From NCBI GenBank assembly GCA_964016885.1, contig OZ024744.1:17050001-17114000 (forward strand): DNA of 64,000 bases. The letters run 5' to 3'. The translations under genes were made by a program, and so were the position numbers. The notes under the pieces are model-generated. The model was not told the origin of the DNA and searched no databases. It saw only the letters and a program-made list of their open reading frames with translations. Source of the DNA: Eledone cirrhosa. Lineage: Eukaryota. Position 1 is the first letter of the stretch; each line of letters starts with the position of its first letter. This document shows, piece after piece, positions 11,490 to 25,688 of the stretch.

Positions 11490-14000
11490 CATTTGTTTAG
11501 CAAGATTCTTTATCTGAAAACGGGTGTTGAAACCGATATTGTTATACTTTGGGAGGGTCATGTTGCCAATAAGAAACACACGCACCAGTCGCTTTCACTT
11601 CAATTTATTATAAATTTCCGGTTCGTTGGTTGGTTGGTTCCACAACGGATGGTTGTTCATATATCGTCAAAGTTCTTTCGTCACACATTCTGTTACTTCT
11701 TCAGTGACTGGGGATTCTTTTCTTTGTTTTGTGCCTCTCCTTTGTTCTGTCCTATGCTATCTTGTTTTTGTGTGTGTTGTTTGTTTAGTTTGCGCATGCA
11801 TTACATCCGGGTGACTGTGTGTGTTTTTATTTGTTTATTTATTTGTTTATTTACATGTTACTAGTTAGGACCTCCTCAGCAGAATCAGCGAAAATAACCT
11901 ATCTAGGGACCTAACAGACTGTATAATAGGTAGTATGGATGTAGTGTCCCTATACCCATCCATTGACGTAGATTTTGCTATGGAGAAATGCGTGGAAATG
12001 ATCAGTGAGAGCAATGTTGAATTCCGTGGGATTGATACCAGTGAGCTGGGACACCTACTTAAACTTACCTATAGTAATGATTATCTAGATACATATGACC
12101 TTAGCAACCTGTGCCCTACAAGACCAGCAAGAGGCAGACCACCTACCATTACCTCAATGGCCAACAAAACCCACACAGAAAGATGGAACGGGTGGACCAG
12201 AGCCATACGGACCCCCGAAAACCATGATGAACTAAAGAAAATGATTGCACATGCGGTGGGGGTCAGTATAAAACTAACCCTTATATGTTCAAATTTAGTG
12301 GAAAAACATATGCCCAAGAGGAGAGAGCAGACATTGGTGTTAGCATTGCAGGTAACATAGCTAACCTATTCATGGTATGGTGGCACAATAAACTTAAAGA
12401 ACAATTAGAAGACAGCAACCTCTTAACCCTGATAATGTACTCTCGCTACGTTGATGATATAAACATCGTAGTAAACCCCCCACCCACTAGAGAACAGTCA
12501 GGAATTAGAGAAAAACACCATGGAAAGCATCCAGCAAATAGCTAACTCCATCCACCAGAGTATTAGAGTTACTATAGACTACCCAAACAAACACCCCAAC
12601 CATCGATTACCTGTACTAGACACAGAGCTTTGGTTAGAAACCATTAATAACAAAAAACAAATCCTCCATTCCCATTATGCCAAACCCATGATTTCCAAAT
12701 ACCTGATCCACCGAAGCTCAGCTGTTTCGGATCACACCAAAATCAACATACTGATTGCGGATTTGGTACGGGTGATGAGAAACGTGTCCAGCATGTGCAA
12801 CCTCAAATAACTAGAGAGACATATACAACACTTCATCCACCGCATGCAGTTCTCTGGCTACAATCAGAGAGATAAAATCTGAGTTTATAGAGGAGCCAGA
12901 ACCAAATGGAGAAAAATGGTAAATAATGATACAAATGGGATCTACCCCTTGTACAGGAGAAAATTTTAGAATAGAATAGAAATAACTAGGAATAAGGTTA
13001 ATAAAATAAACTCATGGTATGAAAGCAATAAATACCAGAGTGTAATGTTCATCAATACAACCTCTAGAGGTGAACTAGCTTATAAATTTAGAAGGGCCCT
13101 AGACAAAATTAAACTAAATATTAAGATAGTGGAAAGACCAGGTACCTCCATAAAAACACTTAGTAGTAATACATACCCTTTTCAAAGACCTCCCTGTATA
13201 GATAATAAATGCATAATCTGTAAACTAAGCCCCCATATTAACTGTAAAACTAGAAACATAGTATATAGCATAAGATGTACTGAGGGACAATGTAAAGATA
13301 AGAGTATAGTGTACATAGGTGAGACAACTCGTAGTATAGGAGAACGGTTAAATGAACACTGGCGAGAACTCTAAGATAGAAAAGACTCATCATTACTCCA
13401 CCAACATGTTAAAATAGAACATAAGGGCAAATTAGAGAACATAGAAATAGAAATAAAATCTACACATAGAAAAGACGCAATGTTTAGACAAATCCCAGAA
13501 GCAATAAACATAAATGAACTCCAACCAAAATTAAATAGAAAACGTGAAGGGAATGGCAGCATCACAACTTACAATTAAGGACAAAATGAAAACACACACA
13601 CATAGAACAAACAACTAACTAGTAACATGTTAATAAACAAATAAATAAACAAATAAAAACACACACATACACCTGGATGTAACGCATGTGCAAACTAAGC
13701 ACAAAACACATACAAAAACAAGATGGCGTAGGACAGAACAAAGGAGAGGCACAAAACAAAGAAAATAATCCCCTGTCACTGAACGGGTCACAGAATGTGT
13801 GACGAAAGAACTTTGACAATATATGAACAACCATCCGTTGTGGAACCAACCAACCAACGAACCGGAAATTTATAATAAATTGAAGTGAAAGCAACTGGTG
13901 CGTGTGTTTCTTATTGGCAACATGACATTTCCCCCCCAAAGTATAACAATATCGGTTTCAACACCCGTTTTCAGATAAAGAATCTTGCTAAACAAATTCA
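11490..14000 (+). mobile_element. Penelope-like element (RT + GIY-YIG), 5'-truncated, with inverted pLTR at the 5' end
   Basis: SMDVVSLYPSI, YSRYVDD, NIVYSIRC...YIGETTRSIGER across broken ORFs 11935-13565. 11490-11868 is the reverse complement of 13610-14000. Confidence 0.92.
11666..11708 (-). ncRNA. Hammerhead motif in pLTR
   Basis: gtca-CTGAAGA-agtaacagaatgtgtgac-GAAAG-aa-CTT-tgac. Sister copies at 13774-13818(+), 56900-56941(-) and 62970-63012(-). Confidence 0.6.
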
Positions 14001-14299
14001 GAAACGAAATATATATATATATGTTACAGAATAATGAAAACTATGTTCAAAATATTTTATTGCAGACAATTGTTTCTTCCATACTTTTGTTTGGAATCAT
14101 CGGAGCACTAGCAAGGTTTAGACATATAACTAACCTCCTATTCCACAGAACAATCGTAAAGATATATAGATGTTAGTGTTGTCATTAACAGTGTCATATT
14201 TAAAGAGTGAAGATGATGTGGTCAGTATCAGTGGAAAGAACAAAGATTATAAAAGAATAATACAACAATTATAGAGGATTTAAAGAAGAAAGTTACTCG

Positions 14300-14410
14300 A
14301 GTAAAACATTTACAGGTGTAAAACAATTACAAGTGTTAAACCTTTACAGGCGTAAAACATTTACAGGTGTAAGACATTTACAGGTGTAAGACAATTACAG
14401 GTGTAAAACT
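14300..14410. repeat. Minisatellite, ~17-bp unit AAACATTTACAGGTGTA, about 6 copies
   Basis: Seen directly. Confidence 0.85.
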
Positions 14411-15322
14411 AAGAACAAATTCTGCTCAGAACTCCTGTGATAATTGAACTCACATACAGACTTAGACAAAGCCTACAGTTCTACGATAACCACCAAAGTA
14501 CTGAGCTGTGTATTTGTCTATAATATCACCTGGTGAACTGGAAGTGGAGAAATGACTTAAAGGTTTTAAATAAAAATACAACAGGAATTAAGAAAGAAAG
14601 ACAGAATCATGGGACATGAGGGAAAATAATCAAGTTACGAAAAGGAAGAATATAGTAGCGGCGGAAATGGGGTTATTTGAAACATTTACTGTGTGTTCCC
14701 CAAAACCACTATTTCTCCGTTTTATGTGATCACATTTCTATTGCTAACTGTTTAGAATGTCAATAAACATATATATTTTTCATTTGGTTATTATGGTTCT
14801 GGATAAGGATTATTGAGCTTGCTTATTGAGAAACATAAAATATATATCCTGAGCATTACAAGAAAATAACCATTATAAACAAAAAACGGTTATTTTCTTG
14901 TAATGTTCGGATAGGTGCATCCATTGGATTCTAGGCTCGTCATTGGTCATTCTATAGACTTGTTTGTGTCTGGCTGGATCGTCTTCAGATTTGATGTGAT
15001 ATTTGTTGTGTTAACACTGCTCATAGGATCAGGCAGACTTGGAGTCTGGTCTGGTCTAGAGTATGACCTCAGATCACAAGACGGCTGCCTAGGAAACATT
15101 TGTAACCGAGTTGAATAATAAATCTCATATATAACATCTCTACTTTGTTTTTATTATATAAACTCTGGTCTGTATTGAGTGCTGACATTGGTACTCTCAG
15201 TGGTTTTCTCCGAACTTACTGAACAGTTTTCATCGGACTTACTGAAACGTTTGCACGTATATATATATATATATATATATATTTATGTGTGGGTGTGTGG
15301 GTGTGTGTGTGTGTGTGTGTGT

Positions 15323-15390
<68 letters not shown>

Positions 15391-15871
15391 ACATATACAT
15401 AACATATACATAACATGATGTGACGGAGTAGATTTCTTTAAACCATTTAATCACTTTACAAATGTTTCAATACATCTTATTCAACTAATGTTGTGTGTGT
15501 ATATATATATACATATATATATATACATGTGTGTCTGTGTTTATAGTTTAATAAAAGCACGCATGACTAAGATATTAGTATATAAATTCGAAATGAGGGC
15601 GCACAAAACAATGACAAAGACATTGGTAGAATCATATGAAGGTTGCACAGTAGCACCTCATCAGTCAACTTCTGAAGATGACAGCGGATTCGGTGAATTA
15701 AAGTTAATACCGAAATTGCAGTGTACATTTGGATATATCACAAGTAGAGATAAGTTTAGTCTTTACGGAAATTTCAGAAATATGGAGTGCGTGAGAGGTT
15801 AGCCAAGAAATAAAAAATATATAGAGAAAGGAGAGAAATACACACATATACATAAATACACACATACATAC

Positions 15872-16023
<152 letters not shown>

Positions 16024-16502
16024 TTGAGGTTGGTAATGGCACATGGAATATATAAGAGACAGAATACTTTTTTGTGAAAAAACATAATTTTATAAGGTAA
16101 GGAAATAATAAAGGGTATAAAAAATGACGGGTTTCGATGGGTCTGCAAAAGCCATATTTTCAAATGTTGATTAATATTAAGAAAAATTAATAATACGAAG
16201 AGTTAAAATTTGAGACTTGAAAATTCAAGTATAAAATTCATTGTGGGATTTCATAGCAGTTTTCATCTAGGTAGCAACAACAGGTTGACTGCTGTGTCCC
16301 TTTCTGGTAGTGAATGAGAAGTTATTTGGGGTGTGGGTTATTTTATAAAGGTCAGATTTAGCAATCACCAACTGGCCAGTGAGGGGTGGAAACAATATAC
16401 ATACACATATCTTCCTGTGATGGGTAGGAGAGTGGAGCGTGATAGAAAAGGATTTAGTGCACTTACACCTATATATACACACATACCTTCATCCACACAT
16501 AC

Positions 16503-16535
<33 letters not shown>

Positions 16536-16614
16536 TATATATACATATACACACATACATACACACAGACATACATATACATACACACATACACACACAC
16601 ACATATATATACAT

Positions 16615-16671
<57 letters not shown>

Positions 16672-16710
16672 TATATATACATACACATACATCCAGATAC
16701 ACACATACAT

Positions 16711-16804
<94 letters not shown>

Positions 16805-16953
16805 CCCAACCACAACACATACCACCCCCACCATCACATTCACCCTCATGAAACAACAAGCTACAGACCCACACGCAACAGACCAACAAAATATAATCAC
16901 ACACAAAACAACATTCCTTTTTTAGGGAAAAGCCTGAAATACCAGGATACTCG

Positions 16954-19229
16954 ATGGCCCCCCCTCAGGAGAAACCAAAAATAATCAACCTCTCAAAGAC
17001 ACCTCTAACCAACACACAAATCAACATTTTAAGTAAGGGCCTGAAATTTACACCTACACCACGTAAACCAAACTTCCCCGAAATGAAGGATGACATCATG
17101 GAATACTGCCGAAAGCTGCGACTAACGGAATTCTTCCACAACGACACCAACACTGAAGACGAATCACTGGTTAGAAATAAAAGCAATTTCTGCCCACAAA
17201 AGGGAAGAAATAAAGCACTGGACACGTACTGCGAACACATCACCAACTTTCCCTATGAAAAAATTACAAATAAACACACGAAATCAAACCTATCTACACA
17301 CGAATGGGAAGAATTATTCACACTTAGAAACAACCCTGAGATAACTATCAAAGAAGCCGATAAAGGCAGTACTGTTGTCATTATGAATACGGACTACTAT
17401 AGGACCCTCGCACTTAACATTTTAGAAAACAACACATACTATGAAAAAACAGAAAACTACAAACACACCAAAACAATGGGAACCTTTTGACCTTACTGAA
17501 TAAATACCGCAACAGCTTAACCACAAAAGAGTTTAACTATATAAGCCACTTCAAATGCAATACAAGCTCTTTTTACGGCTTACCGAAACTTCACAAATGT
17601 AAACCCATAAACGATGCATGTGGCACCTCAACCAACAATTACATTGAACTAACACCACCAGAAGACCTAAAACTCAGGCCAATTATAGCAGGCCCTACAT
17701 GTGAAACCCACAGACTTAGCAACTTTCTGGACATCCTACTGAAACCCTTTCTACAACATATACAGAGCTACATACGAGATGACCTTGACATGCTGAAACA
17801 CCTCCCTAAAACAGTAAGTGCAAATACAATTCTTGTCTCCTTTGACGTAATAAACCTCTACACAAACATACCTCACAACTATGGAATAACAGCAGTCCAA
17901 TACTGGCTTAACACACACCCATCAGAAATACCGACACGCATCAACACAGATTTTATCACTGACGGACTCCGCTTTATCCTACAAAATAACTACTTCACAT
18001 TCAATGGTTCAACATACAGACAAGTATCAGGTACGTCAATGGGCACGAAAGTAGCACCCACATATGCCAACCTAGTCATGGGATTCCATGAACAACAAAT
18101 ATACAGTCAGTCCCTTCTCTTATTTGGAGACACTTTCCACACACACCTCAAAGCCAATTGGAAAAGATATCTAGACGACTGCTTTATCCTATGGCAAGAA
18201 GACATGAACTCACTTACTACGTTTAAAAACATGATAAACAACATAGATAATAACATACAATTCACAATGGAATCCAATCCTAAGGAATTAGCCTTCTTGG
18301 ATATTCTCATCTCTGTAATAGACGGGAAATTAGATACAGATATATTCTATAAACCCACAGATTCCAAGCAATACCTCTTTTTCACATCAAGTCACCCAAA
18401 ACATACAAAACTTAACATTCCTTACAATTTGGCCAAACGTATATGTACCATAGTATCAGATCCACCTAAACGGGAGCAAAGACTAAAGGAACTAAAAGAC
18501 ACCCTTATCTTAAGAGCCTTTCCACTTGAAATAATCAACAATGGAATAGACAGGGCAAAACACCTAAATCCCCATCAACTTAACAATCCAAAACAGAAAA
18601 CCACACTCAACACCCTGCCATATGTATCCACTTTCAACCCCAGAAATACCGAAATGTTTGATCACCTACACAAAAACCTCCCCATCCTACTTAAAGATGT
18701 AAAAATGAAGTCTATTCTTGAAACACACAAGATCCTTAAAAGTAAAAGACAACCCAAATCACTTAAACGCATTCTCACTGGACCAAATATACCCAAACCA
18801 ATCCTCAACCCTACAGTTACCAAATGTGGTAGAACAAACTGTGGAACGTGCCTCTACCTCACTGAAGGACAAACATTTACATTCAAAGATGGCCAAACAT
18901 TTACAGTAAAAAACAATTTCACCTGCAACTCGGAGAACTTGATTTACGCAATAACTTGCGGTGGGTGCAAACACAACTACATAGGACAGACGGGCACCTC
19001 ATTACGCAAAAGAATGACCATCCACCGCCAACAAATCCGGGACGCTAACACAAGAAAAATCCCCTTGAGCAGCCATATTGCGAACTGCGCAGGAATGATA
19101 CTACCCAACTTTAAAATCTTCCCCTTCTACAAGTGCTCAGATTCGTTCACACAGCAACAAAGAATAAACAAAGAAAATCTATTCCTTAACAAATTTAAAC
19201 CAAAACTAAACGGGTTATCACCCCAATAG
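16954..19229 (+). CDS. PLE reverse transcriptase-GIY-YIG endonuclease, one frameshift at ~17487
   Basis: [79 protein letters not shown]...YIGQT. Confidence 0.92.
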
Positions 19230-19827
19230 AATTGTCATAAAATATAAACACACATACGCACGGAATCACTACTATTAAAGACCAGAGACCAATTCTGTAG
19301 AATCAGGTTTATTCATTGACAGACCATGCCTTTGTGTGACCAACACATCCATGTTAAACCCTGCACGTGCACACACATATATCTATATATATATGCGCAC
19401 ACAGAATTCACCACTGTCGGTTGCGGGGCTCAATCTACATGAAGAACTCAATGTGATCAGAATGACTTGTATTTTAATTTCACTGCCCCAACTTCTTATA
19501 TTATGGAAAAAATATATGTGTCTGTATGTATATATAAATATATATATTTGAAGGCCATTTCTCTGTGTGTGGGTGTATGTGTATATGTGTGTGTGTGTGT
19601 ATGTGTGTGCATGTGGATGTATGTATTGTGTGTGCGTGTGTGTGTGTGTGTGTGTATGTATGTGGGTATCTGGATGTATGCGTATGTGTATATATATATA
19701 TATATGCGTGTGTGTGTGTGTGTGTATATATATGTGTGTGTATGTGTGTATATGTATGTGTGTGTGTGTGTATGTTTGTATGTGTGTATGTATATATATA
19801 TATGTGTGTGTGTGTGTGTATGTGTGG

Positions 19828-19907
<80 letters not shown>

Positions 19908-19946
19908 ATGTATGTGTGTATCTGGATGTATGTGTATGTATATATA

Positions 19947-20011
<65 letters not shown>

Positions 20012-20496
20012 ATGTGTATATATATATGTGTGTGTGTGTATGTGTGTATGTATATGTATGTGTGTATGTGTGTATGTATATGTATGTGTGTGTGTATGTA
20101 TGTGTGTATATGTATATATATATATATATATATGTATATGTATATGTATGTATGTGTGGATGAAGGTATGTGTGTATATATAGGTGTAAGTGCACTAAAT
20201 CCCTTTCTATCACGCTCCACTCTCCTACCCATCACAGGAAGATATGTGTATGTATATTGTTTCCACCCCTCACTGACCAGCAGCTGGCCAGTTGGTGATT
20301 GCTAAATCTGACCTTTATAAAATAACCCACACCCCAAATAACTTCTCATTCACTACCAGAAAGGGACACAGCAGTCAACCTGTTGTTGCTACCTAGATGA
20401 AAACTGCTATGAAATCCCACAATGAATTTTATACTTGAATTTTCAAGTCTCAAATTTTAACTCTTCGTATTATTAATTTTTCTTAATATTAATCAA

Positions 20497-20540
20497 CATT
20501 TGAAAAGATGGCTTTTGCAGACCCATCGAAACCGGTCATT
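20497..20540 (+). ncRNA. Hammerhead, U3:A8 core variant, in pLTR (mirror copy 16121-16168)
   Basis: TTGAAAA-gatgg...ccatc-GAAAC-cg-GTC; stem I weak. Confidence 0.55.
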
Positions 20541-20841
20541 TTTTATACCCTTTATTATTTCCTTACCTTATAAAATTAAGTTTTTTCACAAAAAAGTATT
20601 CTGTCTCTTATATATTCCATGTGCCATTACCAACCTCAATTTTCTCTATAACCTTCGTTTTGTGTAGAAAATTACACTTTTCATATATATATATACTCCA
20701 AATATTTGTCGAGTGCTCTTATATCAGTTATAAATATTTACTAGTTGTAACCCAACAATTTTAAATATAACTTTCCACATATATATATGTGTGTGTGTGT
20801 TCGAGTGTGTGTTTGTATTTGTGTGTGTGTGTGCGAGTGTG

Positions 20842-21050
<209 letters not shown>

Positions 21051-21624
21051 ATATTTCATGTAGAATGTAAAAGCATGTTACAAGTGTTAGAAATGTTTAA
21101 AATGGCATGCTATATGCTAGAAAGATATGTGGTTATAAAATGGATAGATGTTATGTAAAATGTAATGCAAAAAACGTGATTAAATTAGATAGGAAACTCC
21201 CAATACTATAATGAAGCCTTAGCTCATTCGGACCATAGAGATAAAATTAAATTTAAACCTAAATCGTCATCTATTCATAAGCAATCTCATATAATTTCAC
21301 ATAACATGGCCATGAATATAATTGAATATAATCATAGTATTTAAAATCCTGACTCCAGTACAGAGGCTATCAAAAAGGTTAACTCACACCTCAACGATAA
21401 TCCTAAGAAAACCCACAGAAAGAAAAATTATGTTAAAAACAAAAAATATAAATAATACGTTACCCAACACCACACAAAACAATAATATAAATAACAATCA
21501 TAAGAAGAATAGAAGAAGAAGTAACACATTTTTTTAATCCTCCTTTCAACTTAAATGTCTCCACCAACATACCTAAAAATGTATTCTCTATTTTAGACAA
21601 AAACTTCCCAATTAACCATAAATA

Positions 21625-21773
21625 ACTGTTTCTACTTTTGGCACCAGGCCAGCAATTACCCAGTGCATTACTGGTACTTTATTTTATCGACCCCCGTAAG
21701 GATGAAAGGCAAAGTTAACCTCGGCGGGATTTGAACTCAGATCATACAGGGAGGTAACTCTATGCTTCAAAGC
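21625..21773 (-). mobile_element. 5'-truncated SINE with 12-bp target-site duplication
   Basis: TAACCATAAATA at 21613-21624 and 21774-21785 flanks the SINE body. Confidence 0.88.
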
Positions 21774-22640
21774 TAACCATAAATAACATAACCTGATTAG
21801 CAAAAATACTATTAAAATCTCTTACTCCTCCACACCTAACATTGCAGACCATACAGCTAGTAACAAGAGGAAGATTAATAAGTACTTCATATCACACCAA
21901 GTTAATAATGTCCAACATAGAAATAATCTTAATAACTCAGTTCAAGTAATAGTAATAATACCAATAATAATGATAATAATACTTACCATAATCTTAATAC
22001 TAGAAGTATAAACAGTAATAACCGCTCAACTTCATACCCCCTTAACCACTATACTAGTTACCAAAACAATTGTAATTGTAGACCTAATAGAACATGCCCA
22101 TTAAATAATAACTACCTTATTAAAGACATTATCTACTCCTGTACTGTCACTGCTAATGAAATTTAGAAAGTTTATATAGGTTCAACATCGAATAGTTTTA
22201 AGACCAGATATAATTCGCACCTCTATTCGTTCAGTTACGCTAGACTTAGTAATGTAACATTACTATCCACATACGTACACTCATTAAAATCAAGTAATAT
22301 ACCTTAGAATGGGGAGTGATAGCTAAGGCCCTTCATATAAACCTAACAAATTTTGTAACCTTTACCTCCTCGAGTATAGAACTATTATTCATTCTAAAGA
22401 ATTTATTCCTGTTAAATAGGAAATCAGAGATTTTTTCCATGTGTCCACATTACCACAGATTTTCTCTCTACTACTTCAAACCAAGTAGCTGATATACACC
22501 TATGTCGGAAAGAATACTAGACTACTACCTTTAAATTTATTTCATTAGCTTTTTGTAATTATATAACTACACCTTAACTTAAACAAACCACAACAACTAT
22601 ATCCTATCCGGTATTCTTTCTTAATTATCAAATTATCACC

Positions 22641-22725
<85 letters not shown>

Positions 22726-24008
22726 TTATAAACTTCTTAGATCTCTCATCTAATACAAATCAAATTTTTCTTAATAACCAAATAAATAAATAATGTAGAC
22801 ACCCTGATATACTCTCAATCCTTACCACTAAAATAAGATATAACACTAATTAAATAGCTGACAACAGTGTCCATAACACTAATTACTCCATAATATATTC
22901 TATAAATTCCTATCTTATTATTACACATTTTTTAACACTCTCTACACAATCTGAATAGATAAGAATAACAAATAACTTTTATATATAATTAATTAATAAT
23001 TATTAATAATATTTTATAATTTATAGATATTAATTTATAACACTATTTAATGAAAGATAACTTTCAATAGATAAGAAAATTCATTTACAATAATAAAACA
23101 ACCCGTGTTTTGTCAACAACTTTAAATAATTTCTTTGTTATTAACTCACCTTGAGATTATCGTTTCCTTTATTTTTTAAATTCATAACGTTAAAACAATT
23201 TAACGAATTCTCAACCGCCTAATAACTATTAATGGAACTCTCACTTAAAGCAAAGTCAACTATTTCTTAATAGAAAATTTAAAGATAGGAATGCACTGTA
23301 TAATTTATTTTCTATACTAACATGGCCAGTAATACAGTGAAATTTATCTTTACCAAACACATATTTTAAAACTATAAACATCTGAAAAACATTACATCTA
23401 AAACTAAGAAAATTCCATGGTTAATACATTTGTGTTACACCCAAATTATACATCTATATACGAACTCCAATATAAAAATTCTTGAATGAAAATTACCTCT
23501 CTAATTTAATCACGTTGTTTGCGTTACATTTTACATAACATCTACCCATTTCATCACCACATATCTCTCTAATATATAGCACGCCATTTAAAATATTTTA
23601 AACATTTCTAACATTTGTAACATGCTTTTACTTTCTACATGAAATATACTTGATTCTTTATTATATCACTCTTACCTCATGCATGCGTTCATTAATTTTA
23701 TTAACTATTGCATTATATACCCTTAACATTACCTGATTGCCAATGCTATGATACCTTTTATCTATTTTATCTTACATCTGTTTTTGCTTGTATCTTTTGC
23801 ACATGTATTACCTTAAACAATATCTTTATATATAATATGCTTAATGTTTCACTTTTCACCATTGCTCCTTATAATGGGTTTTCTGTAGCATAACATCCTT
23901 TTGTTACTCCTGATTTTCTATAGGATGTCACTGACACTGACAAGAGTTATGTATCTATATAAATGTTCTGAAGACTAGGATTTTAATTACCTGTTTAGCC
24001 ATTCTCTA

Positions 24009-24055
24009 TGCTCCGATGATATCAGACATCTGTCTGTAAGAAACAATTGTCAGCA
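24009..24055 (+). ncRNA. Minimal type I hammerhead (U4C)
   Basis: tgct-CCGATGA-tatcagacatctgtctgtaa-GAAAC-aatt-GTC-agca. Confidence 0.7.
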
Positions 24056-24440
24056 ATTAAATGTATTAAACTAAGATTTGATAGTTTTAATATTTTGTGT
24101 GTGTATACATATATATATATATACACGCCCATATGTACATACATATATATATACATACAGTAATAATAATAAATTTGAAGACTAAAATTCAAAGAGGGCT
24201 CGATAAGGATGAGTATATATCAAATATATAAGAACCGTAGATCAAATATTTATTAAAATAACAGATTAAAGTGTAAGCAAAGGATCGCTGCTTTCACCCT
24301 TAACGGGATCTTCTGAAACTAAAAAAGACAATCTGTGAACGCAGAAGTAAATATTTCAAAAAACGTTGCAACCGGAGGAAGACAGGAAGACAATACTTTG
24401 GTTCGTGGAAACGTTCCCTGGCAAAGAACGGAAAAAAAAA

Positions 24441-24564
<124 letters not shown>

Positions 24565-25210
24565 TTATATCTCTATATCTCTCTCTCTATATATATATCT
24601 TGACCGCTTACCCTCACAATTACTACGTAGCGGTTCTTGCACGTGACTGCTGGACCCGGATGAAACGAAGACGAAGAATTTCCTTGCGTACAGTTTTGTA
24701 CCATAGATGCGATCTCACTCTGCCTCGTTAATGTTCAATCGACACCAAAGTTCTACGTCCGGGGCAATAGAATTGAATCCAACCACCGACAACATAGTTG
24801 GATGACCGATAATCACACCAAACCGGAGTACTGTGATCCTTGTGATTTCGAGATATACAACCACTGACACTGTTACGAAAACCAGAAAACCATACTCCAT
24901 AATATTGAACCATGTATATATTACCTGTATATTTTGTGAAGGTACGTATACTTTCTCGTACGTATATTTGACTGTTATGGCGTATATTTTATATATTCTG
25001 ATACATATGATTTGGTTATGTGTATACGTGAGTTTTGTGTATGTATGAGTATGCGGGTTCGTACGTATGTAGGGTGTGTGCATATGTGTACTTTGTGTTT
25101 TGGTTGAAGTACGTCTCCGAACATATGTGTATTTACATGTAGATATGTGTGCGCTTGTTATATACGTATTTATTTATTTATATACGTTTATTTAATTATA
25201 TGTATACACG

Positions 25211-25253
<43 letters not shown>

Positions 25254-25511
25254 ATATATATTGTTATGTGTATTTTGGTGTATACATTTGTATGCGTGGG
25301 GGTACAGGCGTTGCATGGGTTCTGTATGTGCGTGCGGGTTTTTTAATTTTTTTTATTTTTGTGTACGTGCGTGTATTTGTATACCTATGGCGAGTGTTTT
25401 CGCGTATGCTTGTGTATGTACGTATATGGATGCGTTTATGTATTTATTTAATTTCAATTGCCTCTGTATTTTATTTACTTTTTTCTTAAATCTGAAGTCG
25501 AGAATCATTCG

Positions 25512-25599
<88 letters not shown>

Positions 25600-25688
25600 G
25601 TTAGTCCACTTCACAATTCACCATATGATATTATAGATAAATATACAGCTCATTACTTTGGTGGTAACGATGAAAGAATGATATTTAA

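Noticed and set aside
14300-14410. CRISPR-like array
   Set aside because: Contiguous tandem units without unique spacers, eukaryotic context, no cas genes.
14022-14860. Solo LTR (TG...CA, internal AATAAA)
   Set aside because: No TSD, no second copy, no PBS or PPT.
17478-17490. Second -1 frame change in the Neptune-like ORF
   Set aside because: No in-phase slippery heptamer and it falls inside the conserved RT region; best explained as a 1-bp deletion or sequencing error.
24280-24325. CAGAAGA...GAAA hammerhead-like motif (also ~61400, ~62550)
   Set aside because: No NUH triplet or stem I/III pairing; at most a decayed relic in a dispersed repeat.
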